This document shows positions 39,644-57,774 of a DNA stretch of 64,000 bases, in pieces. The stretch is from the human T2T-CHM13v2.0 reference genome, Homo sapiens. The stretch lies in the NCBI RefSeq assembly GCF_009914755.1, contig NC_060947.1; one strand, 5' to 3'. The position numbers and the translations under genes were made by a program. The notes beneath the pieces are model-generated. The model saw only the letters and a list, made by a program, of their open reading frames with translations, ran no database searches and was not told the DNA's origin. Each line of letters begins with the position of its first letter. Position 1 is the first letter of the stretch.

Positions 39644-40063
39644 AAGACACGAATAAACCTGGGTGCCCACCAATGGTGGACTGGATAAAGAAAATATACA
39701 TATATACTATGGAATACTACACAGCCATAAAAAAGAGTGAAATCACATCCTTTGCAGCAACATGGATGCAGCTGGAGGCCATTATCCTAAGTGAAATAAC
39801 ACAGGAAAAGAAAATCAAATATAACATGTTCTCACTTACAAGTAGGAGTTAAACATTGGGTACACATGGACATAGAGATGGCAACAATAGACATAGAGGG
39901 ATACTAGAGTGGGGCAAGGGTTAAAAACCTAACTGTTGGGTATTATGCTCACTACCTGGGTGATGAGACCGTTTGTATCCCAAACCTCAGCATCATGCAA
40001 TATACTCAGCATCATGCAAATGTACCCCCTGAATCTAAAATAAAAGTTAAAGTTATTTTAAAA
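39644..40063 (+). mobile_element. 5'-truncated L1PB3/4-like 3' end
   Basis: ORF2 end (MEYYTAIKK...MFSLTSRS) and 3'UTR CCCTGAATCTAAAATAAAAGTT. Flanked by AATATTTCTGAAGGGG (39628) and AATATTTCTGTAAGGG (40071). Confidence 0.85.
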
Positions 40064-40237
40064 CACACAGAATATTTCTGTAAGGGATTTTTGTGTAAAC
40101 ATACATTTTAATTTCACTTGAATGAGTACCTAGAAGTGGGGTTTCTGGATTATATTATAAGGACATGATTAATTTTATAAGAAATACCCCAAATTTTCAA
40201 AGTGGCTGAAATATTTTACATTCTCACCATCAGTGAG

Positions 40238-41129
40238 TGCACGTTCTGCACCTGTATCCCAGAACTTAAAGTTTGATTAGATCCCATCTGTCAATTTTTG
40301 CTTTTGTTGCAATTGTTTTTGGTGTTTTAGCCATGAAGTCTTTGCCCATGCCTATGTCCTAAATGGTATGGCCCACGTTTTCTTCTATGGTTTTTATGGT
40401 TTTGGGTTTTACATTTAAGTGTTTAATCCATCTTGAGTTAATTTTTGTATAAGGTGTAAGGAAGGGGGCCAGTTTCTGTTTTCTGCATATGGCTAGCTAG
40501 TTTTCCCAGCACCATTCATTAAATAGGGAATCCTCTCCCCATTACTTGTTTTTGTCAGGTTTTGTCAAAGATCAGATGGTTTTAGATATCTGGTGTTATT
40601 TCTGAGGCCTCTGTTCCATTCCATTGGTCTATATATCTGTTTTGGTGCCAGTACAATGCTGTTTTGGTTACTGTAGCCTTGTAGTATAATTTGAAGTTAG
40701 GTAGTGTGATGCCTCCAGCTTTGTTCTTTTTGCTTAGGATTGTCTTGGCAGTACAAGCTCTTTTTTGATTCCATATTAAATTTAAAGTAGTTTTTTCTAA
40801 TTCTGCAAAAAAAGTCACTGGTAGCTTGATGGGACTAGCATTGAATCTATAAATTACTTTGGGCAGTATGACCATTTTCATGATATTGATTCTTCCTATC
40901 CATGAGCACGGAATGTTTTTCCATTTGTTTGTGTCCTCTCTTATTTCCTTGAGCAGTGGTTTGTAGTTCTCCTTGAAGAAATCCTTCACATCTCTTGCAA
41001 GTTGTATTCCTAGGTATTTTATTCTCTTTATAGCAATTGTGAATGGGAGTTCACTCATGATTTGGCTCTCTGCTTGTCTACTGTTGGTGTATAGGAATGC
41101 TTGTGATTTTTGCACATTTATTTTGTATC
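40238..41129 (-). mobile_element. L1PA7/8-like ORF2 fragment with an inverted 35-bp 3' tip; no poly(A) or TSD
   Basis: Antisense ORF2 40270-41129 ([13 protein letters not shown]...). Sense TGCACGTTCTGCACCTGTATCCCAGAACTTAAAGT at 40238-40272. Confidence 0.88.
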
Positions 41130-42419
41130 TTATTATTGATTTTGGAAAAGTTTTTATTCTGGAAACAAGTCTTTCATCAGATATCTGTTTTGGAAATATT
41201 TTCATCCAGTCTGTGTCTTCTCTTTTCACTCTCTTAAGGCTTTCACAGAACAAATATTTTAAATTTTGATGAAATCTGGTCTATAATTTTTTTTTCTTTT
41301 TTAAGATTATGCACTTGAAGAAACCTTGTCTAACCTATGATCCCCAGATTGTATGCTATGTTTTATTCTAGAAGTTTTATAGTTTTAGGCTTTTCATCCA
41401 GGTCTGTGATTCATTTGAAATTAATTATTGAATAAGGTACAAGATAGGGGTAAAAGTGTATTTTTTTTTTGCAGTAACAATTTGTAAAACTTGAAGACAG
41501 TATTTTCAACAGCATTTGTTGAAAAGACTATCATTCATTAAAAGGCTTTTTACCTTTGTCAAAAATCAATTGACCATATATGTGTAGGTCTGTTTCTGGA
41601 TGTTATTTTGTGTTTACTTGATCTTCGTGTCTATCGCTCCACCAATACCCCACAATCGTGACTATTGTATGTATCTGGATAGAAAATCTTCAAACTGGAG
41701 AGAATGATTCTTTCTACTTTATTCTCTTTCAAAACTGTCTTACCTATTCTAGTTCTTGTGTCTTTGGATATAACATTTTTTTCTGGCAAAGGAGTCTTTA
41801 TTTTGTCTAAATCTGATTTGACATTTTACACAAACAACCACATGTTAGTCAGGGGTTGGGGAATGGCAAAAAAAAATTTTGCTCCAGATTATGAAATTTA
41901 AACATTCCTTTTAAGCAAAGCTCAGATTTTTGGATAAAGATGCTCAGATGCTAATATTTCTGCTGTTCTTCTGTGCTTCCTTGCAGAAGATATCTGGATT
42001 TACTGGGAAGGGATGTTAAGTGATATTTGGGGTTTAGTTCCCTGCAGGTACACAAAGACATTTTGAAGAGCACTTAGAATTGTTTTAAAGGAATTAATGT
42101 CTAGGTTTTCAAATTCCACATGGACTTAAAATTTTATATTAATAGGCTTTAATTTTACAATAGTTTTATTTTATGTTTTAATATTTAATTTTTTGAGTAC
42201 ATAGGTGTATGGTATACATGAGATATTTTTATTCATGCATGCAATGCATAATAATCATATCAGGGTAAATGGCGTGTCCATTACCTCAAGCATTTATCCT
42301 TTGTGTTACAAACAATTCAATTATACTCTTTTAGTTATTGTAAAATTTACAGTTAAATTATTTTGGACCAAAGTCACCCTTTTGTGCTAGCAAACACTAG
42401 GTCTTATTTATTCTTCCTT

Positions 42420-43659
42420 TTTAACTTTTTTTCCCATAGGTTTTTCGGGAACAGGTAGTATTTGGTTACATGTGTAAGTTTGTTAGTGATGATTTCTGAG
42501 ATTTTGGTGCACCCATCACCCAAGCAGTATTCACTGAACCCAATTTGTAGTCTTTTATCCCTCACCCCCCTCCCACCCTTTCCCCCAAGTCCCCAAAATC
42601 CATTGTACCATTCTTATGTTTTTGTATCCTCATAGCTTATCTTCCACTTATGAGTGAGAACATACAATGTTTGCTGTTCCATTCCTGAGTTACTTCACTT
42701 AGAATAATAGTTTTCCAGTTCCATTCAGGTTGCTGCGAATGCCATTAATTCGTTCCTTTTTATGGCTAAGTACTATTCCATCATATATGTATGCCACAAT
42801 TTCTTTATCCACTCATTGAATGATGGGCTTTTGGGCTGCTTTCATATTTTTTCAATTGGGAATTGTGCTGCTGTAAACATGCATGTGCAAGTATCTTCTT
42901 CAAATAATGACTTATTTTCCTGTGGGTAGATACCCAGTAGTGGGATTTCTGGATCAAATGGTAGTTCTACTTTTAGCTCTTTATGGAATCTCCACACCGT
43001 TTCCAAAGTGGTTGTACTAGTTTACATTCCCACCAGCAGTGTATAAGTGTTCCCTTTTCACCACATTCATGCCAACATCTATTTTTTTTTTATTTTTTTG
43101 ATTATGGCCATTCTTGAAGGAGTAAGGTGGTATCGCATTGTGATTTTGATTTGCATTTCCCTGATCATTAGTGATGTTGAGCATTTTTTTCATACATTTG
43201 TCGGCCATTTGTATATTCTTTTGAAAATTGTCTATTCATGTCCTTAGCCCACTTTTTGATTTTTTTTTTCTGATTTGAGTTCGTTGTAGATTCTGGATAT
43301 TAGTGCTTTGTTGGATGTATAGATTGTGAAATTTTCTCCCACTTTGTGGGTTGTCTGTTTACTCTGCTGACTGTTCTTTTTGCTGTGCAGAAGCTCTTTA
43401 ATTAAGTCCCACCTATTTATCTTTTTTTTTTTTTTTCACTGCTAGTATCCATGGCTGGGAGACCTAAAGACAGATCACATCACAGGACTTTTTGCAGACA
43501 TTTCTCAGCACCATCCTGGAGCCTGGTAGCCCTGCTGGATGGCCAGACCCAGAAGGGCAATAAAAATCACTGCAGTCTGGCTCTCAGGAAGACCCATTCC
43601 TAGGGAAAGGGAGAGAGCACCAGATCAAGGGATCAGCCAGTGGGACAAAAGAATCTGAA
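42420..43659 (-). mobile_element. L1PB1-like 3' end plus an inverted L1PB 5'-region fragment (43438-43659, + strand)
   Basis: CCATAGGTTTTTCGGGAACAGGTAGTATTTGGTTACATG 3'UTR. GAGACCTAAAGACAGATCACATCACAGGAC...GTGGGACAAAAGAATCTGAA matches the recalled L1PBa 5' region in the opposite orientation. Confidence 0.75.
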
Positions 43660-46162
43660 TGTGATGAAGGGGTCCAGCTTCATTCTTTTACATATGACTA
43701 GCCAGTTATCTCAGCACCATTTATTGAATAAGGAGTCTTTTCCCCATTGCTTGTTTTTGTTTTTGTCTGCTGTGTTGAATATCAGATGGTTGTAGTTGTG
43801 CAGTCTTATTCCTGGGCTGTCTATTCTCTTCCATTGGTCTACGTGTCTGGTTGTGTACCAGTACCATGCTGTTTTGGTTTGTATATCCCCATAGTATAGT
43901 TTGAAGTTGGGTAACATGATGCCTCCAGCTTTGCTCTTTTTGTTTATGATTGCCTTGGCTATCTGAGCTCTTTTATGGTTCTTTATGAACTTTAAAATAG
44001 GTTTTTTCTAGTTCTATGAAGAATGTCATTAGTAGTTTGATAGAAGAGCATGGAATTTATATATTGTTTGGGGCATTATGGCCATTTTAATAATATTGAT
44101 TCTTCCTATTCATGAGCATGGAATGTTTTCCATTTGTTTCTGTTATTTCTGATTTCTTTGAGTAATGTTGTGGTTCTCACTGTAGGAATCTTTCACCTCT
44201 CTGGTTAGCTATATTCCTACATATTTTATTTTTGTGGCAATTATGAACAGGATTGCCTTCCAGATTTGGCTTTTAGCTTGGCTGCTGTTGGTGTATAGGA
44301 ATGCTAGTAATTTTTGTACATTGATTTTGTATCCTGAGACTTTGCTGAAATTGTTTATCATCTGTAGGAGATTTGGGGCTGAGATTATGGGTTTTTCTAG
44401 ATATAGAATCATGTCATCTACAAACAGGGATAGTTTGACTTCTCTTTGTATTTGAATGCCCTCTATTGTTTTATCTTGCCTGATTGCTCTAGCTAAGACG
44501 TTCAATTCTACGTTGAATTGGAGTGGTGATAGAGGGCATCCTCATTTTGTGCCAGTTTTCAAGGGAAATGCTTCCAGTTTTTACCCATTCAGTATGATGT
44601 TGGTTGTGGGTTTGCCATAGATGGCTCTTCTCATTTTGAGGTATGTTACTTTGATACCTAGTTTATTGAGAGATTTTAACATGAAGGGTCATTGAATTCT
44701 ACCGAAAGTCTTTTCTGCGTCTATTGAGATAACTCTGTGGTTTTTGCCCTTAATTCGCTTTATATGATGAATCACATTTGTTGAGTTATGTAGGTTGAAC
44801 CAACCTCACATCCCAGGGATGAAGCCTACTTGGTTGTGGTGGAATAGCTTTTCGATGTGCTGTTAAATTCGGTTTGCAAGTATTTTGTTGAGGATTTTTG
44901 CATCGATGTTCATCAAGGATATTGGCCTGCTGTTTTCTTTCTTTGTTTTGTCTCTGCCTGATTTTGGTACCAGGATGATACTGGCATTGTAGAATGAGTT
45001 GGGGAGGAGTCCTTTCTCCTCAATTTTTTGAAATAATTTTAGTAGGAATGATACCAGCTCTCTTTTTTTGTACATATGGTAGAATTTGGCTGTGGATCCA
45101 TTCAGGTCCTGGGCCTTTTTTTTCCTTTTTGGTTGGTAAATTATTTATTACTGATTAAATTTCAGTGCTTGTTATTAGTCTGCTCAGGGAATCAATTTCT
45201 TCCTGGTTCAGTCTTGGGAGGGTGTATGTGTCCAGGAATTTATCCATCTTTTCTAGGTTTTCTAGTTTGTGTGCATAGTTTATTTCTGTGGGGTCAGTGG
45301 TAACATTTCCTTCATCATTTCTAATTGTGTTTACTTAGATCTTCTTTTTTTCTTAATTATTCTAGCTACTGTTCTAGCTATCATGTTAATTTTCTCAAAA
45401 AAAAAAAAAACAACTCCTGGATTTGTTGATATTTTGAATGGTTTTTCGTGTCTCAGTTTTCTCCAGTTCAGGTCTGATATTTGTTATTTCTTGTCTTCTG
45501 CTAGCTTTGGGGTTGATTTGTTCTTGCTTATCTAATTTTTTAGTTGTGATGTTAGGTTTTTAATTTGAGATCTTTCTAACTTTTTGATGTGGGCATTTAG
45601 TTCTATGATTTCCCCCTTAACATTGCCTTAGCTATGTCCCAGAGATTCTGGTATATTGTATTTTTGTTCTCATTATTAGTTTCAAATAACTTCTTGATTT
45701 CTGCCTTAATTTCATTATTTACCTAAAAGTCATTCAGGAGCATGTTGTTTAATTTCCATGTAATTGCATGGTTTTGAGTAATTTTCATAGTTTTAACTTT
45801 TATTTTTATTGTCCTGTGGTCTGAGAATGTTTTTGGTATGATTTCATTTGTGTTTCATTTGCTCAGGATTCTTTTATGTCCAATTATGTAGTTGATTTTA
45901 GAGTGTGTGCCATATGGTGATGAGAAGAATGTATAATCTGTTGTTTTGAGGTGGAGAGTTCTTTAGAGGTCCATCAGATCCATTTTGTCCAAAGTTGAGA
46001 TCAGGTGCTGAATATCTTTGTTAATTTTCTGCCTCAATGATCTGTCTAATATTGTCAGTGAAGTATTGAAGTCTCCCACTATTATTGTGTGGGAGTCTGT
46101 GGCTCTTTGTAGGTCTCTAAGGATTTGCTTTATGAACCTGGGTGCCCCTCTGTTGGGGCATT

Positions 46163-46218
<56 letters not shown>
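46163..46218. repeat. (TA)n microsatellite expanded from the L1 GCATATATATTT motif
   Basis: ~27 TA units with one interruption; compare the unexpanded motif at 7625-7636. Confidence 0.95.
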
Positions 46219-46590
<372 letters not shown>

Positions 46591-48299
46591 TTATTTCTCC
46601 TTCATTTAGGAAGCTTAGTTTGACTGGATATGAAATTTTCAGTTGAAGATTTTTTTTTAAGAATGTTGAATATATGCCCCCAATCTCTTCTAACTTGTAG
46701 GGTTTCAGTTGAGAAGTCTGCAGGTAGCCTGATGGGGTTCCCTTTGGTAACCTGATGGGGTTCCCTTTGTCAGTGACCTGTCCTTTCTCTCTGGCTGCCT
46801 TTAACATTTTTTCTTTCATTTTGACCTTGGAAAATCTGCTGATTATGTGTTTAGAGGATAATCTTCTTATGTAGAATCTTACAGGAGTTCTCTGTATTTT
46901 CTGAATTTGACTGTTGGCTGTTCTAGCAAGGTTGAGGAAGTTTTCATGGACAATATCCTGAAATATGTTTTCCAGGTTGTTTGCTTTCTCCCTCTCCCTT
47001 TTAAGGGTGCCAATGATTTGTATATTTGGCCTTTTTACATAATCCTATACTTCTCAGAGTTTTTGCTCATTTCTTTTTATTCTTTTTTATTTTTGTCTGA
47101 CTGTATTATTTCAGAAAGCCAGTCTTCAATTTCTGAGATTCTTTCCTCAGCTTGGTTTATTCTGCTATTAATACTTGATTGCCTTGTGAAATTCTTGTAT
47201 TGTGTTTTTCAGATGTCTCAGATTCGTTGGGTTCTTTTTTACATTGGCTGTTTTGTCCTTCAGCTCCTGTATTGTTTTATTGTGATTCTTAGTTTCCTTG
47301 GATTGGGTGTTGCCATTCTACTGAATCTCGATGATCTTCATTCCTCTATTTATTCTGAATTCTATTTCTGTCATTCCAGCCAGCTCAGCCTGCTTAAGAA
47401 CTCGGTGGAGAACTGATGTGGTCGTTTGGAGGACATACAACATTCTGGCCATTTGAGTTACTGGAGTTCTTGAATTGGTTCTTTCTCATCTCTGTGTGTG
47501 GGTGCTCCTTTAACTGCACTGGAGATTGAGTACAGTCAATGGTCTATTTTTATGAATGTTTTCACAGGGCCAAGGCTTTGCGTAGGATCTTTATTTGTAG
47601 CTGACTTCTTGTCTTTGGTTTCAGAGGTGAGTGTGTTAGTGAGGTTATTTTTGGTGTTGAAGCTTTGGGGTGTGATCTAGTAGGTGGCACTTAGGTGTTT
47701 TGGTCAGTTGGTAGACTCTTGCTTGATTGTGTAGCTCCTCTGTTTCCTCACAGTTGCAGCTGTGTTCCCTCTCAATGCTCCAAAAGTATAGGTTCCTCTC
47801 CTCATTGAGTGCTGGCTATAGATTGTGGCTTGGCACTCCTGGGCTGCCCACTGCAGCTCTAGGTGCAATCTCAGTGTTTATGTTCCTTCCAAAACTTGGA
47901 GACAGAAGAGAAAGGGACATCAGTAGTGGTTGTGAGCAAGGGTCTTTTGTTGTCTCCTGGGGGCTCCACCCCCAGAGAGATGCATGTTAGCAATTGTTCA
48001 GTCCAGTCAGCCCAGGATGGAGGGTCTGTGTTTGGGGCTCAAGCCAGGAGTTCCCTGTCTGGTGATGAGCAGGGTGTGGGTGGGTTGGACCTCTGGGAGA
48101 TGGAATGGCCTCCTCTCCTTGGGTTGACAGTAGCTCGTTAGAAGTATGGATAAGGAACTTAGGGTCTTTGCTCCTTCATTAGTCTGAGGGTAGCAAGGGC
48201 AGTTCCACAACAGACGCAGTGGCAGAGAGATTTTCAGTTGCCCCTGGGGGCTCTGTCCAGGGAGTTACAGAGCTGCTACTGGCTCCATAGCTCTGGTGG

Positions 48300-49860
<1,561 letters not shown>

Positions 49861-51983
49861 TGTCACGGAAGCTGAGTCTACAGACTGTTGCTGCTCAGCC
49901 CGCTGGATGCAGCTCCTTTCCTACAAGTATGTATGGGGGCCTAACCACTCAGTTTGTTAGAGTTGCAGCTACTTTTGCTGGGAAGCCTGGAAAGCCTGTG
50001 TATCCAAGGCTTTTGGGTCTCTGCGTGTGCCAGAGCAGCTGCTCTGTCAAGACTCCATGTAGCTCTTATGTGAGATCGAAGGCCCTGGAGGAGTGGGCTC
50101 ACAAGGGGGAATCTCCTGACCTGAGAATTGCAAAGATCGATGGGTGAAGTGTGGGTTCCCAGGGTCTCACATTCACTCACTGGTTCCCTGGATGGGGGAG
50201 GTTCTCTGGGTTTGGGAGGTTCCCTGGCTCCATGTCACTCCGGGTGGGTTGTCTTCTTGCCTTCTTGCCTTGCTTTTCTCCATTCTCCGTGGGTTGGGTT
50301 GTTTCCTTGATTAGTACCAATAATGCATGTACCTGAATGTTTCAGCTGAGGGTGCTGTATTTACTCATTCCTTCCATTCCTCTCCATGAGAGATGCACAC
50401 ACTAGTTGCTTCTCTTAATAGTCATCCATCTTTCTTTAATTGTTCTTTTTTGATTTTTATTCTTTTTTCTTTTGCCTCCTCTGACTGTACGTTTTTTATG
50501 AAACAGAATTTTTATACTGGTATGATTTGTAAGACTATTGATTTGATTATTTAAAAGATGAGATATAAAATAATTATCTTTAAAGTAATTTTAATTTTCA
50601 TACTGAGCCTAACACTCCAGACTATAAATTATCAAATTAGTTGTAGCTCTCTTACTTTCATTTGTGCATTAGTTTCATGCAAGCCAATTAGCTATGGAAT
50701 AACAAGAGGGTACCTTGAATAAAGTTCAAATTTAAAGAAGATATTTTGCAGGAGATAATTTTTTTCTTTCATTTGCACGCACTTTTATAAGAAGTGAAGA
50801 TACTGAAACATTTAAATCTATTTTTTAATAAATAAGATTTCCCCATTACCCACTTTATCTCAGGATAAAATAATTTGAAAGTATGGTAAATTCTTTTTAT
50901 GGTTAGTATTAAATTTTATGTACTAACGATTTACAAGGAGATTTAAAATTTCCACTATTGCTACCTTAATACTTTAGTTCATCAGCATGTGGGTGTTTTG
51001 TTAACTGAATTTTTTGGTTTCTTTTTAAGTTCAGCAACAAAACTCCCCAAATATTAGAAATGTTTTGACTTTTGTCTCAGCTAGTTATTTTCAGAAAGAG
51101 ATGTTATCTATTGTAAATCTACCATTAGAACCAACCAATTAATAATGGGGTCAGTGTACACTGAAGACTTCATGACACACTAGTTGAAAGCTATTACTGA
51201 TGTTAGCCAAACAGAAAAAAAATCTAGTGACAAAAGAAATTTCATTCCTCACATACAGAAACCTTTAAAACATTAGCATGCTATGAAAAATAGGGTTTAA
51301 AAAATTGAAAATCAGCTAAAATATACTTATTTAACAAAAATCCCTGATAAAATTTGCTGCACTTGTCACAAAAAAGTAACTAAAGGAGAGAATAGATGTC
51401 TCAATGTGCTTCATATTCATCTATTTTACTATATTTTACTATCTATATGTATCCTATAACATCATGTTGTAAACTTCAAATATATAAAATAAAATTTACT
51501 TAAAAAATTTAAAACTAACATAATTCCTAAAATCAACAAAAATAGAAATTATTTAATATTAAAGAACTCTTTATATTACTTAATAAATAAAATTTATTCT
51601 CACCCTGAAATAGAAAGCTGACAGGCCACTATATTAATTAAAATACATGGTTATCTTAGTTAGAAGAGTCCTGAAAAAATGATTTTCGTAGACTTGCCTA
51701 TCTTTCAATAAGTTTCCACCTCTGCCTCATCCTGTCACGCATGACTCTAACACAAGCAACCTGTGTCAAAGTGGTGCATAAACGGCTTCAGAGAAGCAAC
51801 TTTAGAGGGCAGAATTATCCTCTCAGTAATTATATTGAGCCTCTTGGCTGAGCCTCAAGGATTGCTTTGGGACACCATTTCACTAGCATGTCCTGGGACT
51901 TATAACCCAATACAAAAGTCAAACATGGCACTATTGTGTCATGTACCCATTGTTAATTGAGGTTGAGATTGGTGAGGGATATT

Positions 51984-52157
51984 CTTATGTGTCAAATAAA
52001 AATTTGTTTAATTATATGATTTTCCAGATTGTTATGGTAAGAATTTAGAAATTTGATTCTTTTAAACTCCAAGATCCTATCTACTATTTGACTCTATGTT
52101 ATCAAATAGCAATCTGGAAAATCATATAATTAAACAAATTTTTATTTGACACATAAG
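51984..52157. repeat. 52-bp inverted repeat (51/52 match), 70-bp spacer
   Basis: 51984-52035 CTTATGTGTCAAATAAAAATTTGTTTAATTATATGATTTTCCAGATTGTTAT is the reverse complement of 52106-52157 apart from one base. Confidence 0.97.
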
Positions 52158-52598
52158 GCTTGCCAGAGTTCCAATTCTGATTGCTGGAATGGGCAATTCT
52201 CTTTTGGGTACGGTTGGTTTGAGAACTCCGTCCATGGGTGCATGTCAGCGAATTTCAGCACGGTTTTACTTTCTGCTGTGAGTTCAGTGCAATGTCTCAA
52301 TTGCTGTGCTGTCCCTCTCCCAAATGCACAGATTCTCTCTATTCATCATGTGGCCACTACCCACTACCAAGGCATAGTGGAAAAGTGGCATCAGTTATTC
52401 AAGACTCTCTTTCCTACCCTCATCAGTGCCTCTTTTTGCAATATGAAGTCAAAATCAGGTACTGTGAGTGCTCACCTGATTTTTCGTTATTATAAAGGTG
52501 CTTTTTGTGTGTAGATAGTTGTTAAATTTGGTGTTCTTGTTGTGGGGGTGGTGATAATCCATGGAGCTTTTTATTTGGCCACCTTGTTCTGACCCTCC

Positions 52599-53188
52599 TA
52601 GACTAGTTTTAGACATACGGAAAAATTGAGCAGAAAGTACAGGGTTCTCATATTATATCCCCCCCACCCATAATTTCTCCTATTATTAATATCTTATGTT
52701 AGTATGAGACATTTGGTACAACTAATGAAACAATATTGACGCATTATTATTAATTAAAGTTCATACATTTTTTTCAGATCGCCTTTGTTTTTGTCTATTG
52801 TTCTATTTCTATTTAAGATCCCAACCAGTATACTACATCACTTTTCATTATCAGGTATTCTTAGCCTCCTCTTGGCTGTGGCAGGTTCTCAGACTTCTGG
52901 TTTTTGATGGCCTTGACAGTGTTGAGGAATACTGGTCGGGTTTATTGTAGCATGCCCCTTCTTGGGAATTTGTCTGATGTTTTTCTTATAATTAGACTGG
53001 GTTCTGGAATTTGGGGAGGAATATCACAGAGGTAAATTGCATGAGTTTACATTGACTTACAATCACCTAGACAAAACAGATTTCTCCATGTGAAGTTATT
53101 CTACCACCTCTACTCCCATTTTTCATACTATTGTCTTTGGAAAGATGGCACTATGCACAGCACCTACTTAAGGTGTGGAGCGTCTACA
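52599..53188 (-). mobile_element. L1MB/MC-like 3'UTR (host of the L1MA shell; its first bases lie at ~42135-42168)
   Basis: AAAAATTGAGCAGAAAGTACAGGGTTCTCATA...CAACTAATGAAACAATATTGAC...GAGGAATACTGGTCGGG. Confidence 0.75.
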
Positions 53189-53190
53189 TA

Positions 53191-53501
53191 CAGTCATTTC
53201 TTGGTATCTATCTATTGGAGATTGCTTCCAGTATCCCCATTATACCAAAATTTGGATGCTCAATTATCTTATATAAGTGGTGTAGTATTTTCATATATCC
53301 TATATACATTTTCCTGTATACTTTAAATCATCTCTAGATTACTTAAAATACCTAATGCAGAGTAAATGATGTGTAAATAGTTGTTCTATTATATCGTTTT
53401 TATTTGTTCTTTATTTTTATATTATTATCATTCTAGGCTTTTTTTCATCCATGGTTAGTTGAATTAATTGATGCAGACCCTGTGATATGGAGGGCCAACT
53501 G
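53191..53501. mobile_element. MER2 (TcMar-Tigger)
   Basis: TA|CAGTCATTTCTTGGTATC...GATATGGAGGGCCAACTG|TA with TA TSD. Confidence 0.85.
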
Positions 53502-53529
53502 TAATTTATTTGGAATTCTGTATGATTCT

Positions 53530-57240
<3,711 letters not shown>

Positions 57241-57504
57241 TCTATCCTTTACTTTTGAAACTCTCCTTTCTCTTAGTTCCTGTGACATGATTTCCTCTTG
57301 ATTATCCCCTTGTTTTTTGTAATTACCCTTCCTCCACTCACCCCATAATCTATATGTCTCTATTCTTATCTGTACATTTTCCCCTCTTAAGGCTCATCCA
57401 CCATTGTGGGTCCAGGTACCATCCCATCTGTGTATCTATATCCTATCTACTGCTGCCTGAAAGGATTTTCATTTCAACATCTTGCTCTCATTTCAATTCA
57501 ACAG

Positions 57505-57650
57505 CTTGGTGTGTTGTATTGCAAAGTGCACTTTTTAAGGTGTCAAAATGCCTGGATTCTAGTCCATGCTGTGCCACTAACTACCCAGTTAGGTAATCTT
57601 AGAGAGAAATAACTTATACATTCTTGGCTTCAATGTAACCTATATAGTGA
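57505..57650 (+). mobile_element. MIR SINE
   Basis: GTCAAAATGCCTGGATTCTAGTCCATGCTGTGCCACTAACTA. Confidence 0.6.
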
Positions 57651-57774
57651 ATACCCTCTTTAGAAAAATTCTAGACTTTTTTTTTACATTAACACCCTTT
57701 AATTCTAAGTAACTCTGATTTAAACTGTTAAATTTTCATTACCTTACCCACTTCCTGTCTCTGAAAACTAGCTG

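Noticed and set aside
40582-41253. 223-aa minus-strand ORF
   Set aside because: Chance in-frame fusion of an old L1M with the L1PA fragment; no promoter or splice support.
46724-46769. 23-bp tandem duplication, also 16-18-bp duplications at ~18553-18590 and ~59682-59713
   Set aside because: Ordinary local slippage duplications.
51690-51750. Possible minus-strand micro-exon (CAG|GATGAGG...ATAG|GCAAGT)
   Set aside because: Non-canonical GC donor, no polypyrimidine tract and no recognisable product.
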